Of a DNA stretch of 64,000 bases, positions 45,597 through 54,952 are shown in pieces. How positions within the stretch are numbered: position 1 is the stretch's first letter; every line of letters begins with the position of its first letter. This DNA comes from Clostridia bacterium (lineage in GTDB: Bacteria > Bacillota > Peptococcia > DRI-13 > SV3-B141): positions 46,380-110,379 of the forward strand of contig JAHDSB010000027.1 in the NCBI GenBank assembly GCA_018433015.1. Direction: 5' to 3'. The position numbers and the translations under genes are program-made. The notes beneath the pieces were generated by a model. The model worked only from the letters and a program-made list of their open reading frames with translations. It did not search any database and had not been told where the DNA came from.

Positions 45597-46583
45597 TTAT
45601 CGTCTAAAATTAATTTTTACTTCAGTGCTGTTAGGGTGAGCAAAGGTCTTACGCGGTCGATATATGGGTTGAGGTGGTGTACTCAGTTCCATTTCTAATT
45701 TTGATTCTGCAATAAGTTGTGTTTCTTCTTTAGTTTCAGTTTCTTCCGGTTCTAAATAATAATTGGAACCCATAAAGCCGGGACAGGGAGTACCCGGAGA
45801 TGGACAAGGCGTTTTCATATTTAGATATTTCAGATCTCGTTCAATATCTTTAGTAAAGCGTTCGGCTTCTCTGTATACGTGATCAGCCAAAAGGGGATTA
45901 ATAATACTCAGAACTTTACATTCTTTAATGAGGTTAGCAGCTTTAGCTTTAAAGTTTAGCAGGTCTTTTCCTGCCCTAACTGTGTCATCAGCGAAGCGTA
46001 GCAAAGAAGGTACAGGACGAGGAGTTATTTCTAGCATAGAGTCAAAATCAACTGCTTGACAGCGTAGCTTAGACATTTTTTGTTGTAACATGTGTATTTG
46101 TGACATGAATTGGCGTTCGCTGGGGTCTAATAAATGTCCGATAAAATGAGTATGATCTACCATGATTCTGAGCCAAAAGACTTCATCCCGCAGAAGCTCT
46201 TCTGTGGGTAACATTGTTTTATTGCGAGAGAAACGCATAATATTTACAGCAAAATAAATAGCTTCTCTACGTATATGGTCTACTAACAAGGGAAAATTAA
46301 AACCGCCTAGTTTACATTCTAAAATTTGATCTAAAACTTTAGTTTTAAATTGTATAAATCTAAGGGTAGCAGTGAGGGACTCTTGGGCCAATTTCTCAAG
46401 CTCATGATGTTTATAACAAGTGGCCTTTTTTTCTAATTCATTAAAAAGGTTCTCAAATTCTTTTGCCTTATTGATAAGTTCTTTTTCATCACAAGGAAAA
46501 GCCGAACCTAAAAAAATTGCATGCTCTTTCATTATTCTTAACCAGAACTGAAGCTCATCAATAAGTCGGTCATTACAGTTCAT
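45597..46583 (-). CDS. DUF2935 family protein (two tandem helical domains)
   Basis: Two copies of the F/LWLRIMxxH motif (LQFWLRIMKEHAIFL; VFWLRIMVDHTHFIGHLL). There is a Pro/Glu-rich C-terminal tail. Confidence 0.65.
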   Translation of the reverse strand: MNCNDRLIDELQFWLRIMKEHAIFLGSAFPCDEKELINKAKEFENLFNELEKKATCYKHHELEKLAQESLTATLRFIQFKTKVLDQILECKLGGFNFPLLVDHIRREAIYFAVNIMRFSRNKTMLPTEELLRDEVFWLRIMVDHTHFIGHLLDPSERQFMSQIHMLQQKMSKLRCQAVDFDSMLEITPRPVPSLLRFADDTVRAGKDLLNFKAKAANLIKECKVLSIINPLLADHVYREAERFTKDIERDLKYLNMKTPCPSPGTPCPGFMGSNYYLEPEETETKEETQLIAESKLEMELSTPPQPIYRPRKTFAHPNSTEVKINFRR

Positions 46584-46759
46584 CCGAAAATACCTCCATT
46601 TTCAGTAAGATATCCTTGTACATACATTATATGTACTGCTTAGCAAGATGTGAGTAAGAGCATACCCATCAGAATCTTTTTCCTGGATGGTGACCGGGGA
46701 TAAGATGTGATAGTATAAGAAATAGTTATTTATATATAGTAATTTAGTGAGGAGAAACC

Positions 46760-48016
46760 ATGATAAAACAACCAATAATTATAGTAGGTGCCGGTCCGGC
46801 AGGATTATTAGCTGCCGGTAGAGCCGGAAGTTTAGGAGCACCAGTAGTTCTTCTAGAGAAAAACAATAATGCGGGAAAAAAGCTTTTAATTACGGGTAAA
46901 GGCCGCTGTAATGTCACAAATAATGAAGATATTAGTGGTTTCATAGATAAATTTTCTAAGAATGGACAATTTCTGTTTAGTGCTTTTCGCAAGTTTTCTA
47001 ATCTTGATTTGCAAGATCTTTTAACATCTTTAGGTGTACCTTTGAAGGTAGAGCGGGGAGATAGGGTTTTCCCTGAATCAGATAAAGCCTTAGACATACT
47101 GAAGGCCCTTTTTGCTTATATTAAACAAGGAAATGTAGACGTCCGTTATAATCAAGAAATAACAGATCTTGTAGAGGAAGCCGGTAAAATTAAAGGTGTA
47201 AGAATAGGACAAGAAGTTTTAGCTGCTTCTACCGTGATTGTTACTACAGGAGGAAAATCCTATCCTGCCACAGGGTCTACAGGAGAAGGATATGAATGGG
47301 CAAAAGAAATGGGACATACTATCACTCCTCTGAAGCCAGCCTTAGTTCCCTTGAATATTAAAGAAAATTGGGTTAAAGAGCTTCAGGGATTAAGCCTTAA
47401 AAATGTGGAAGTGGAGTTATATCAGGGGCAAAAATTGCTAGATAAAGAATTCGGAGAAATGTTATTCACTCATTTTGGGGTTTCAGGTCCTATTATTTTA
47501 ACGCTAAGTCGCAAGGTTACAGAAAAAGACTTCCAACCTAATGAATTAAGCTTAAAGATTAATCTTAAACCTGCTCTAAATGAACAGCAATTGGATCAGC
47601 GTATACAAAGGGATTTTCATAAGTATCAAAGGAAACAGCTGCAGAATTCTTTAAAAGATTTACTACCCAGCCGATTAATCCCTGTGGTAATAAAATTAAG
47701 TGATATAGATGAAGAAAAATACGTTCATCAGATTACAAAAGAAGAAAGGCATAACCTATTAAAAGTTTTAACAGGTATGCCTATGAGTATAACGGGCCCT
47801 CGTTCCTTAGCAGAAGCCATTGTAACTAAGGGAGGAATATCTTTGAAAGAGATAAATCCAAAAACGATGGAGTCTAAGCTAATAGAAGGGCTGTATTTTG
47901 CGGGAGAAATTTTAGATATTGACGGTGTGACTGGTGGTTATAATCTGCAAGCAGCCTTTTCTACAGGTTATACTGCCGGAGAGAGTGCAGCTTATCAGTA
48001 TTTGAGTGAAGATTGA
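46760..48016 (+). CDS. HI0933/YhiN (BaiN-like) family NAD(P)/FAD-dependent flavoprotein
   Basis: IIVGAGPAGLLAA...LLEKNNNAGKKLLITGKGRCNVTN...FAGEILDIDGVTGGYNLQ are family-typical motifs. Confidence 0.85.
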   Translation: MIKQPIIIVGAGPAGLLAAGRAGSLGAPVVLLEKNNNAGKKLLITGKGRCNVTNNEDISGFIDKFSKNGQFLFSAFRKFSNLDLQDLLTSLGVPLKVERGDRVFPESDKALDILKALFAYIKQGNVDVRYNQEITDLVEEAGKIKGVRIGQEVLAASTVIVTTGGKSYPATGSTGEGYEWAKEMGHTITPLKPALVPLNIKENWVKELQGLSLKNVEVELYQGQKLLDKEFGEMLFTHFGVSGPIILTLSRKVTEKDFQPNELSLKINLKPALNEQQLDQRIQRDFHKYQRKQLQNSLKDLLPSRLIPVVIKLSDIDEEKYVHQITKEERHNLLKVLTGMPMSITGPRSLAEAIVTKGGISLKEINPKTMESKLIEGLYFAGEILDIDGVTGGYNLQAAFSTGYTAGESAAYQYLSED

Positions 48017-48071
48017 AAGGAGATGTTATGAATAGAAAGTTAGAATATACAAGAGATGATTAAGAATTTAC

Positions 48072-49058
48072 TTAATCATCCAGGAGAACATTTTCTTTAT
48101 TAACGAGAAAAATGTCTCCTTTTTTATTCATTACTTGATATTGCTCTTTATTTTTGACCATGCTTTCTAGATAGTTTTCCATATCTTTTAGAATAGCCAC
48201 ATCTTCTAGCTGATTTGTTCCTGACTGTTTAAGCTTACCCGTAGCTAAAACGAAGCTTTGCCATTTATCTTGCCAGTAGTAGCTTGCTGTGATGCTTCGT
48301 TCTTTTTGTAAAATAAAGTCACTACTTTTGGGTAGTCTAACTTGTGTACTGCCAGGAGCTTCATAGTGGCTTTGTTTTCCCGTTACTTCAATTGTTTGAG
48401 AAGCACTATAGCATGCTACAGTAAGATTTTGTAATAATTTATGCCATTTGATAGGTTGGGCTTGAGGGTTTTCCCAGGTATTAAGCCAATTTATCTCCCA
48501 GTAGGAGTTTTCCGCCCATACAGCTTTTAAATTATTGTTCTGCCAGCCCCATATTTTAAGCATATGGGTTTCACAAAAAGCCCCTGTAAGCTCGTTATGG
48601 CATTCATGAGTTAAGAGGAACTCTTTACCGGAAGTAAGCTTCAGTTTTTGCAAGTTAGTTATAGGTAATAGATTATCTAAATAATATAAAAGAATATAAT
48701 GATCGTTTTGTTTTTGTAATATGGTTATTATCCCGGTGTCAGGAGACAAAGTTAGAGTCACCACAACTTCCGGTTCCTCATCAGCTAATAAGTCTGCAAA
48801 AACAAATTTAGTTTCCCAAGCCTCATCTTGAAGTGTGGGTCTAAGATATTTGAGCAATATTTTTTCCGTTTCCTTTAAAGCATCATTGACCATATCTTCA
48901 TTGTTTAGTTTTAACATGTTAATCTGGAGTTGGGGAAATACAGGTAAGGGATTACAAATAAGACCGTTGGTCTCAACAGTTTTAAAAGATTGTAAGTGCA
49001 TGTATGTAAGGAAAAGCAGAAAAAATATAAATAATTGCGTTAAAATTTTTCTAAGCAT
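48072..49058 (-). CDS. Hypothetical secreted or membrane-anchored protein
   Basis: 328-aa ORF with an N-terminal hydrophobic signal/anchor (ILTQLFIFFLLFLTY). No motif recognised. Confidence 0.5.
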   Translation of the reverse strand: MLRKILTQLFIFFLLFLTYMHLQSFKTVETNGLICNPLPVFPQLQINMLKLNNEDMVNDALKETEKILLKYLRPTLQDEAWETKFVFADLLADEEPEVVVTLTLSPDTGIITILQKQNDHYILLYYLDNLLPITNLQKLKLTSGKEFLLTHECHNELTGAFCETHMLKIWGWQNNNLKAVWAENSYWEINWLNTWENPQAQPIKWHKLLQNLTVACYSASQTIEVTGKQSHYEAPGSTQVRLPKSSDFILQKERSITASYYWQDKWQSFVLATGKLKQSGTNQLEDVAILKDMENYLESMVKNKEQYQVMNKKGDIFLVNKENVLLDD

Positions 49059-49120
49059 GATCGACCCCCATAAGAATAAAACCTTAATATATCTTATTCC
49101 AAAAGAAAATGAATATTGCT

Positions 49121-49158
49121 AACAAGATAGTCAAAGGAAACTATCTTGTTATTTTTTT
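49121..49158 (+). terminator. Canonical + strand intrinsic terminator with no + strand gene ending nearby
   Basis: AACAAGATAG-10 nt-CTATCTTGTT followed by ATTTTTTT. It lies in the 5' region of the - strand gene 48072..49058 and upstream of the gcvT repeat array. Confidence 0.55.
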
Positions 49159-49196
49159 GGGGTTATCGCATGTTAATCCCTCAAAAGGGATATATA

Positions 49197-49461
49197 TATA
49201 GTGAAACTTCCATCAGGTGCTTTCTGATGGTTAGCTGAACTAATCGGGATGTTAGCGTACGTTGCACAAGTGTTTACTTGAAAATTACGTACGAATTGCA
49301 ACGCGGTATAGTGAAACTTCCATCAGGTACTTTCTGATGGCTAGCTGAACTAATCGGGATGTTAGCGTACGTTGCACAAGTGTTTGCTTAAAAAGTACGT
49401 ACGCTTGCAACGCGGTATAGTGAAACTTCCATCAGGGTGTTTTCTGATGGTTAGCTGAACC
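49197..49461 (+). repeat. Tandem direct repeat, period 110/109 nt, 2.4 copies, each starting with a CCATCAG-N7/8-CTGATGG hairpin
   Basis: Copies start at 49201, 49311 and 49420 (GTGAAACTTCCATCAG...). Copies 1 and 2 differ at roughly 8-9 positions. Copy 3 is truncated after ~41 nt, just before the gcvT RBS and start. Confidence 0.9.
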
Positions 49462-49470
49462 AAAAGCGAG

Positions 49471-50583
49471 GTGATTTCTCTGTATAAACCCCAAAAAACA
49501 GCTTTATATGAAGAACATCTCAAGCTTGAGGCTAGTATGACGGAATTTGCCGGGTGGTATATGCCCACAAAATATCAAGGTATTGTAGATGAACATTTGG
49601 CAGTTCGTAGGGCAGCAGGGCTTTTTGATGTTTCTCACATGGGGCAAATAAAAATAGCAGGTCCGGTAGCGTTCAATTTTATTCAAAGAGTAACAACTAA
49701 TAATATCAGTAAATTGCAAGTGGGTAAGGCTCAATATAGCCTGTTATGCAACGTACAAGGAGGTATCATTGATGACATAATAATTTATCAGCTGGGTTTG
49801 GAGGAGTATATGTTTGTCGTCAATGCGGCTAATAAAGATAAAGTTTTGCAGTGGTTGCAAGATCAAAAAAATAAGGAAGAAAAGGCTGATTTACTTAACA
49901 TACAAGATGTTTCTAAAGAATTCTGTTTGTTAGCTATACAGGGACCCAGGGCGGAAGAGATTATAGCGCAGCTTACTAAGCTTGAATTAGCTAAAATTAA
50001 ATTTTTCCACTTCGCTACTGGTGAGCTGGCAGGAGTACATGTAATTTTATCGCGGACCGGTTACACGGGAGAGGATGGCTTTGAAATATTTGTAGATACT
50101 GCTAATGCTGTGCTGGTTTGGAGAAAAATATTAGAGTTTGGTAAAGGAGCAGGTCTCGTACCGGCAGGCTTGGGAGCTAGAGATACCTTGCGTTTTGAAG
50201 CAGGTCTTCCTCTCTACGGTCAGGAATTAAGGGAAGACACAACTCCTTTTGAAGCTGGTTTAACTAAATTTGTAGATATGACGAAAGCAAATTTTATAGG
50301 ACGCCCCGTTCTAGAAATGACAAGAGAACAAGGTATAAAACGTAAATTAGTAGGTTTCAGAATGGTAGATCGTGGTATACCTCGACCTGGGTATCAATTA
50401 CAATCTAAGGGAGAAATATTAGGAAAGGTGACCTCGGGAACTTTTTGCCCTTATTTAAAATATAATGCAGGAATGGGATATGTGAGGGCAGATTATGCAT
50501 ATACTGAAAATGAAATAGACGTGTTAATTCGGGGGAAAGAACTTAAGGCTACCATCATTAAAAAGCCTTTTTACAACCGTTAA
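49471..50583 (+). CDS. gcvT: Glycine cleavage system aminomethyltransferase T
   Basis: KTALYEEHLKLEASMTEFAGWYMP...FDVSHMGQI... are typical of GcvT. The GTG start abuts GAGG, so the exact start is uncertain. Confidence 0.92.
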   Translation: MISLYKPQKTALYEEHLKLEASMTEFAGWYMPTKYQGIVDEHLAVRRAAGLFDVSHMGQIKIAGPVAFNFIQRVTTNNISKLQVGKAQYSLLCNVQGGIIDDIIIYQLGLEEYMFVVNAANKDKVLQWLQDQKNKEEKADLLNIQDVSKEFCLLAIQGPRAEEIIAQLTKLELAKIKFFHFATGELAGVHVILSRTGYTGEDGFEIFVDTANAVLVWRKILEFGKGAGLVPAGLGARDTLRFEAGLPLYGQELREDTTPFEAGLTKFVDMTKANFIGRPVLEMTREQGIKRKLVGFRMVDRGIPRPGYQLQSKGEILGKVTSGTFCPYLKYNAGMGYVRADYAYTENEIDVLIRGKELKATIIKKPFYNR

Positions 50584-50654
50584 CCTTCCCCGATGTTTGC
50601 CGTTTAGTTAAGTCAATAAGTTGGCACGATCCACTTATAAAAGGAGGAATAAAA

Positions 50655-51032
50655 GTGATTCCTAAAGATTTGCTGTATACTGAAGAACATGAGTGGCTGA
50701 GATTACAAGAAAATAAAGTAATTATCGGTATTACCGATTTTGCGCAAAAAGAACTGGGAGATGTAGTATTTGTAGATTTACCTGAGGTTAATTTAGTTTT
50801 AGAAGCTAATGACGTTTTAGGGGGAGTAGAATCTGTAAAGGCAGTTTCTGATATTTATGCCCCTTGTCCAGGTCGCATTGCGGCCGTCAATGAAGCCTTA
50901 ACAGATACTCCAGATTTAATTAATGAAGATCCGTATGGAGAAGGCTGGATAGTGGAACTGGAAATAGAAGAAGCACCGAAAAACTTATTATCTGCTGCTG
51001 AATATGAAGAATTTCTGAACAAAGGGGAGTGA
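50655..51032 (+). CDS. gcvH: Glycine cleavage system protein H
   Basis: YTEEHEWL...ESVKAVSDIYAP lipoyl-lysine motif. Confidence 0.93.
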   Translation: MIPKDLLYTEEHEWLRLQENKVIIGITDFAQKELGDVVFVDLPEVNLVLEANDVLGGVESVKAVSDIYAPCPGRIAAVNEALTDTPDLINEDPYGEGWIVELEIEEAPKNLLSAAEYEEFLNKGE

Positions 51033-51036
51033 TAAG

Positions 51037-52377
51037 TTGCCGTATATACCCCATACTGCTGAAGAAATTCAAAAGATGCTCCGAACAATAGGTGTAAATT
51101 CTACGGATGATTTGTTTAGTGATATTGCCGAGGAGATTCGCCTTAAAAGAGCGCTGAATCTTCCCCGTGGTTTATCAGAAAAGGAGACCTGGGATAAAAT
51201 AAACGGCTTAGCAAGTAAAAATAAACACATGGGTAAGCACATCTGCTTTCTAGGTGCAGGTGCTTACCAACACTATTGTCCCAAAGCAGTTAAACATATA
51301 TTATCTCGCTCAGAATTTTATACTGCCTATACACCATATCAGCCTGAGATAAGTCAGGGTACTCTTCAAACAATTTTTGAATATCAGACCATGATCTGTG
51401 AGCTGACAGGCATGGATGCTGCTAATGCTTCCCACTATGATGGGGCTACGGCCTTAGCTGAAGGTGTTTCCTTGGCAATTGATGTAACGAAGCGCAAACA
51501 TGTTTTAATCAGCTCTTTAGTTCATCCCGAATATCGCCAGACTGTAGCTACATATTTGGAGGGAAAAAATATTACTTTAGATCAAATTCCTTACCAGGAT
51601 GGTTTAACTAGTAAAAAAGAGTTAGAGCAAAGAATGAACAAAAATACAGCAGCCGTGGTAATGCAAACGCCTAATTTTTTTGGTGCTATTGAAGAGCTTA
51701 GTTATGCTGCTCAAGTTGCTCAACAAACAGGCGCATTGCTGATAGTATGTGTTGATCCCATTTCTTTAGGGATATTGGAGGCACCGGGAAATTTACAAGC
51801 TGATGTGGTCGTAGGTGAAGGCCAAAGTTTAGGCTTACCGTTAAATTTCGGAGGACCTTATTTAGGGTTTATGGCTGTCAAAAATAAGTATGTACGCCGA
51901 CTACCGGGAAGAATCGTAGGAAAAACTCAAGACCGCTTAGGAAATGAAGGCTATGTCCTCACTTTACAAGCCAGAGAACAACATATACGTAGGGAAAGAG
52001 CCAGCTCTAATATTTGTTCCAATCAAGCTCTATGTGCTTTAGGTGCTGCAGTTTACTTGTCGTTAATGGGACCTGAAGGAATACGGGAAGTGGGAAGGCA
52101 GTGCATCCAAAAAGGTATCTATACAAAAAAACTCCTTAGCAAGATTCCCGGTATCAAAATACCTTTTCCAGCAACTACTTTTAAAGAATTCATTGTGGAA
52201 ACAACAGAAGAGCCGCAAAGAATTAATGAGCATCTGTGGAAAGCGGGCATTATGGGAGGCTTAGATGTCAGCGGCTTTTATCCTGAATTAAAAAATCATA
52301 TTTTGCTTTGCGTTACAGAAATGAGAACGCGGGAAGACATAGAAAAGCTTGCTTCGGTCTGGGGGGATATGAGCTAA
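51037..52377 (+). CDS. gcvPA: Glycine dehydrogenase (decarboxylating) subunit 1
   Basis: 446 aa. [13 protein letters not shown]...[10 protein letters not shown]...[14 protein letters not shown]. Confidence 0.92.
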   Translation: MPYIPHTAEEIQKMLRTIGVNSTDDLFSDIAEEIRLKRALNLPRGLSEKETWDKINGLASKNKHMGKHICFLGAGAYQHYCPKAVKHILSRSEFYTAYTPYQPEISQGTLQTIFEYQTMICELTGMDAANASHYDGATALAEGVSLAIDVTKRKHVLISSLVHPEYRQTVATYLEGKNITLDQIPYQDGLTSKKELEQRMNKNTAAVVMQTPNFFGAIEELSYAAQVAQQTGALLIVCVDPISLGILEAPGNLQADVVVGEGQSLGLPLNFGGPYLGFMAVKNKYVRRLPGRIVGKTQDRLGNEGYVLTLQAREQHIRRERASSNICSNQALCALGAAVYLSLMGPEGIREVGRQCIQKGIYTKKLLSKIPGIKIPFPATTFKEFIVETTEEPQRINEHLWKAGIMGGLDVSGFYPELKNHILLCVTEMRTREDIEKLASVWGDMS

Positions 52378-53819
52378 TGGAGCAAATAATATTTGAAAAG
52401 AGTGTACCGGGCAGAGGAGAAAAATATTTACCCCAGCTAGATGTGCCGGAAGAAGATTATAATATCTCTGAAAAAAGGGAGGTACCCCCAACATTACCTC
52501 AAATCTCTGAGTTAGACTGTATGCGCCACTATACAAGGTTATCCCATTTAAATTATGGAGTTGACACCGGTTTTTACCCTTTAGGTAGTTGTACAATGAA
52601 ATATAATCCTAAAATAAATGAAGAAGTAGCAAACTTGCCAGGTTTTACAGATATTCATCCTTATCAAGGGGAAGAAACTGTTCAGGGAGCCTTGCAATTA
52701 ATGAGTGAATTGCAAAGTTACTTGAAGGATATTGCTGGTATGGATGGCGTTACTTTACAGCCAGCCGCGGGAGCTCAGGGAGAATTGACAGGTCTTTTAT
52801 TGATAAAAGCTTATCATCAAGCGAAAGGAGAAGAGAGGCGCGATAAAATAATAGTACCTGATACATCCCATGGAACTAATCCGGCTTCTGCAGCTTTATG
52901 TGGCTTGAAAATTATTCAAATTCCTTCTGATGATAAAGGAACTGTAGATATTGAGGCCTTAAAACAAGCAGTAGGTCATGATACGGCAGCTTTAATGTTG
53001 ACAAATCCCAATACCTTAGGTTTATTTGAGGAGAATATTACAGAAATTGCTGATATAGTCCATGACGCCGGAGGATTATTGTATTACGATGGTGCCAATA
53101 TGAATGCCATCATGGGGTATGCTCGTCCCGGAGATATGGGCTTTGATGTAGTCCATTTTAATTTACATAAAACCTTTGCTGCTCCTCACGGTGGTGGGGG
53201 ACCTGGAGCAGGTCCGGTGGGGGTTAAAGATTTTTTATCTCCTTTTTTACCGGTCCCGATTATTAGATTTGATAGTTCTAAGGAAAAGTATTATTTTGAT
53301 TATAATAGGCCCCAGTCCATAGGACGGGTTAAAGCATTTTATGGGCAATTCAGCGTTTTAGTGAAAGCCTATACATATATGGTTAGAATGGGCTGGGACG
53401 GCTTGAAGAAAGCTAGTGAAATAGCAGTACTTAATGCTAATTATTTAATGCAGCTCTTATCGGCTAGCTATTATCAGCCTTTTAGGGGACCTTGTAAACA
53501 TGAATTTGTCCTATCCCCTAAGAATTTGAAGTCTTTAGGTATTCATACCCTTGATATAGCTAAACGTCTGATGGATTATGGTTTTCATCCTCCTACCATC
53601 TATTTTCCGCTGATAGTAGAGGAAGCAATAATGATTGAACCCACTGAAACGGAAAGTAAAGAAACTTTGGACACCTTTAGTGAGGCTCTGAAAATGATTG
53701 CCACAGAAGCACAAGAGAATCCTGAGGTGCTTAAAACAGCTCCCCATTCAACGCCTGTGGGCCGTCTCGATGAAGTAATGGCTGCCCGTAAACAAATATT
53801 ACGCTGGCTAACTAGTTAA
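52377..53819 (+). CDS. gcvPB: Glycine dehydrogenase (decarboxylating) subunit 2
   Basis: MEQIIFEKS...GSCTMKYNP...HFNLHKTF (PLP lysine). ATG 52377 overlaps the gcvPA stop (TAATG). The ORF-track extension to 52308 lies inside gcvPA. Confidence 0.92.
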   Translation: MEQIIFEKSVPGRGEKYLPQLDVPEEDYNISEKREVPPTLPQISELDCMRHYTRLSHLNYGVDTGFYPLGSCTMKYNPKINEEVANLPGFTDIHPYQGEETVQGALQLMSELQSYLKDIAGMDGVTLQPAAGAQGELTGLLLIKAYHQAKGEERRDKIIVPDTSHGTNPASAALCGLKIIQIPSDDKGTVDIEALKQAVGHDTAALMLTNPNTLGLFEENITEIADIVHDAGGLLYYDGANMNAIMGYARPGDMGFDVVHFNLHKTFAAPHGGGGPGAGPVGVKDFLSPFLPVPIIRFDSSKEKYYFDYNRPQSIGRVKAFYGQFSVLVKAYTYMVRMGWDGLKKASEIAVLNANYLMQLLSASYYQPFRGPCKHEFVLSPKNLKSLGIHTLDIAKRLMDYGFHPPTIYFPLIVEEAIMIEPTETESKETLDTFSEALKMIATEAQENPEVLKTAPHSTPVGRLDEVMAARKQILRWLTS

Positions 53820-53891
53820 TTTTTATAAGTACTTATGCACCATCCCTTTTTACTGAACATATAGTAAAGGGACGGGGGTGGGATAAGTACT

Positions 53892-54377
53892 ATGAAAAAA
53901 GCTATCTTTTTTTCTGGAGACGGGACAGCCTATAAATGTTCCGATTCTTGTTTTAGTGAAAAAGAAATATATCCTGAGACTCTTCCTGCCTTAAGGTTCC
54001 TGGCACGAAGGGGTTTTATGCTTGTGCTGGTAACCCCTGACCGTCAGGAATATAAATGGTTTAAAAGGTATTTAAGAAATAAAACTTTAAATCTAATGCA
54101 TTGTTCTACGGAAATTAAAAACTTGTTAGCATTTATTGAAGAATATTCTATCTGCCTGGATAAAAGCTATTATATCAGTGATGGTTTGTATCTAAAGAAA
54201 TTTCAGGATATATTTCAGGATATTAAGTGTAATAAAATACTAGTGCTTTCAGGAAGAGGGGTTAAAACCCTTGGTCAAACTAATGCTGATAGTTTAAGGG
54301 AATTTGCTGATATATGTCGCGATATCTATTCGGCGGCATACAGTATAGCTTTAAATAATAGTAGCTTTATGGTTTAG
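53892..54377 (+). CDS. GmhB-like HAD-fold protein with degenerate catalytic motif I
   Basis: KAIFFSGDGTAYK aligns by eye with the HAD motif I xAxFLDRDGT, but the nucleophile Asp position reads Ser. LVLVTPDRQ aligns with motif II (vvTNQ). Confidence 0.45.
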   Translation: MKKAIFFSGDGTAYKCSDSCFSEKEIYPETLPALRFLARRGFMLVLVTPDRQEYKWFKRYLRNKTLNLMHCSTEIKNLLAFIEEYSICLDKSYYISDGLYLKKFQDIFQDIKCNKILVLSGRGVKTLGQTNADSLREFADICRDIYSAAYSIALNNSSFMV

Positions 54378-54416
54378 CAAAAAAACACTATTATATCCTC
54401 GCTAAAGCCCATATGT

Positions 54417-54450
54417 GACCCCCTCTTCCCTTGAGGAAGAGGGGGTCAAT
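54417..54450 (+). terminator. GC-rich hairpin after 53892..54377
   Basis: 13-bp stem GACCCCCTCTTCC / GGAAGAGGGGGTC with a 5-nt loop and a weak T tail. Confidence 0.55.
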
Positions 54451-54629
54451 TTACATTAAAAGTTCAAATTTGTTTAACTATGAAGTAAGGGGGATATGGT
54501 TATTAAGAATAACATCAACTAAGGTAAGTTTCACTTTATGTAAGGAACTGTGATATAATATCTAATTATGGTAACTTTCTTTAATATAACTTAAAGTAAA
54601 ATATAAAAAAGCTTAGGAGGTAAAGGAAC

Positions 54630-54938
54630 GTGGATACATGGAAAGAAAATAATAATGCTTCTACTGTTCAGCGCGTGATAGTAACAGTTGTAGGTAGAGA
54701 TAGAGTCGGAATTATAGCAAGTGTCTCCAACCTATTGGCTGAGAGTAATGTAAATGTTTTAGATATAAGTCAGACTATACTTCAAGATTTCTTTACAATG
54801 ATCATGGTAGTGGATATAAGCAAAGCTAAAGTAAGTTTGCAGGAGCTACAGCTTCTTTTAAAAAGTAAAGGCGAAGAAATAGGTGTGCAGATAAAAGCTC
54901 AACACGAAGATATATTTAGGTATATGCACAGAATTTAG
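54630..54938 (+). CDS. ACT domain protein (UPF0237 family)
   Basis: [34 protein letters not shown] is an ACT fold. It forms the conserved pair with the downstream UPF0210 gene. Confidence 0.85.
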   Translation: MDTWKENNNASTVQRVIVTVVGRDRVGIIASVSNLLAESNVNVLDISQTILQDFFTMIMVVDISKAKVSLQELQLLLKSKGEEIGVQIKAQHEDIFRYMHRI

Positions 54939-54952
54939 GAGGGAAGAGCAAA

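Noticed and set aside
48028-48063. 11-codon mini-ORF (MNRKLEYTRDD) with an AAGGAG RBS between convergent genes
   Set aside because: It is too short to support, and the RBS-like sequence overlaps the stop region of the upstream gene. It is probably fortuitous.
49197-49461. Possible CRISPR array
   Set aside because: The repeats are directly abutting ~110-nt units with no unique spacers, and no cas genes are nearby. This is a tandem repeat, not a CRISPR.
49059-49470. Expected glycine riboswitch upstream of gcvT
   Set aside because: I looked for the conserved aptamer cores (GGAGAG, ACCGAAGGGGCAA-like, CUCUGGAGAG) on the + strand and found none. This needs confirmation with a covariance model. 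The absence is reported as part of the tandem-repeat finding.
49362-49734. - strand ORFs 49362..49568 and 49504..49734
   Set aside because: They overlap the repeat array and the 5' end of gcvT, and they have no RBS or recognisable motifs.
52308-52376. 5' extension of gcvPB in the ORF track
   Set aside because: It lies entirely within the gcvPA coding sequence. ATG 52377 overlapping the gcvPA stop gives the canonical [10 protein letters not shown]-terminus.
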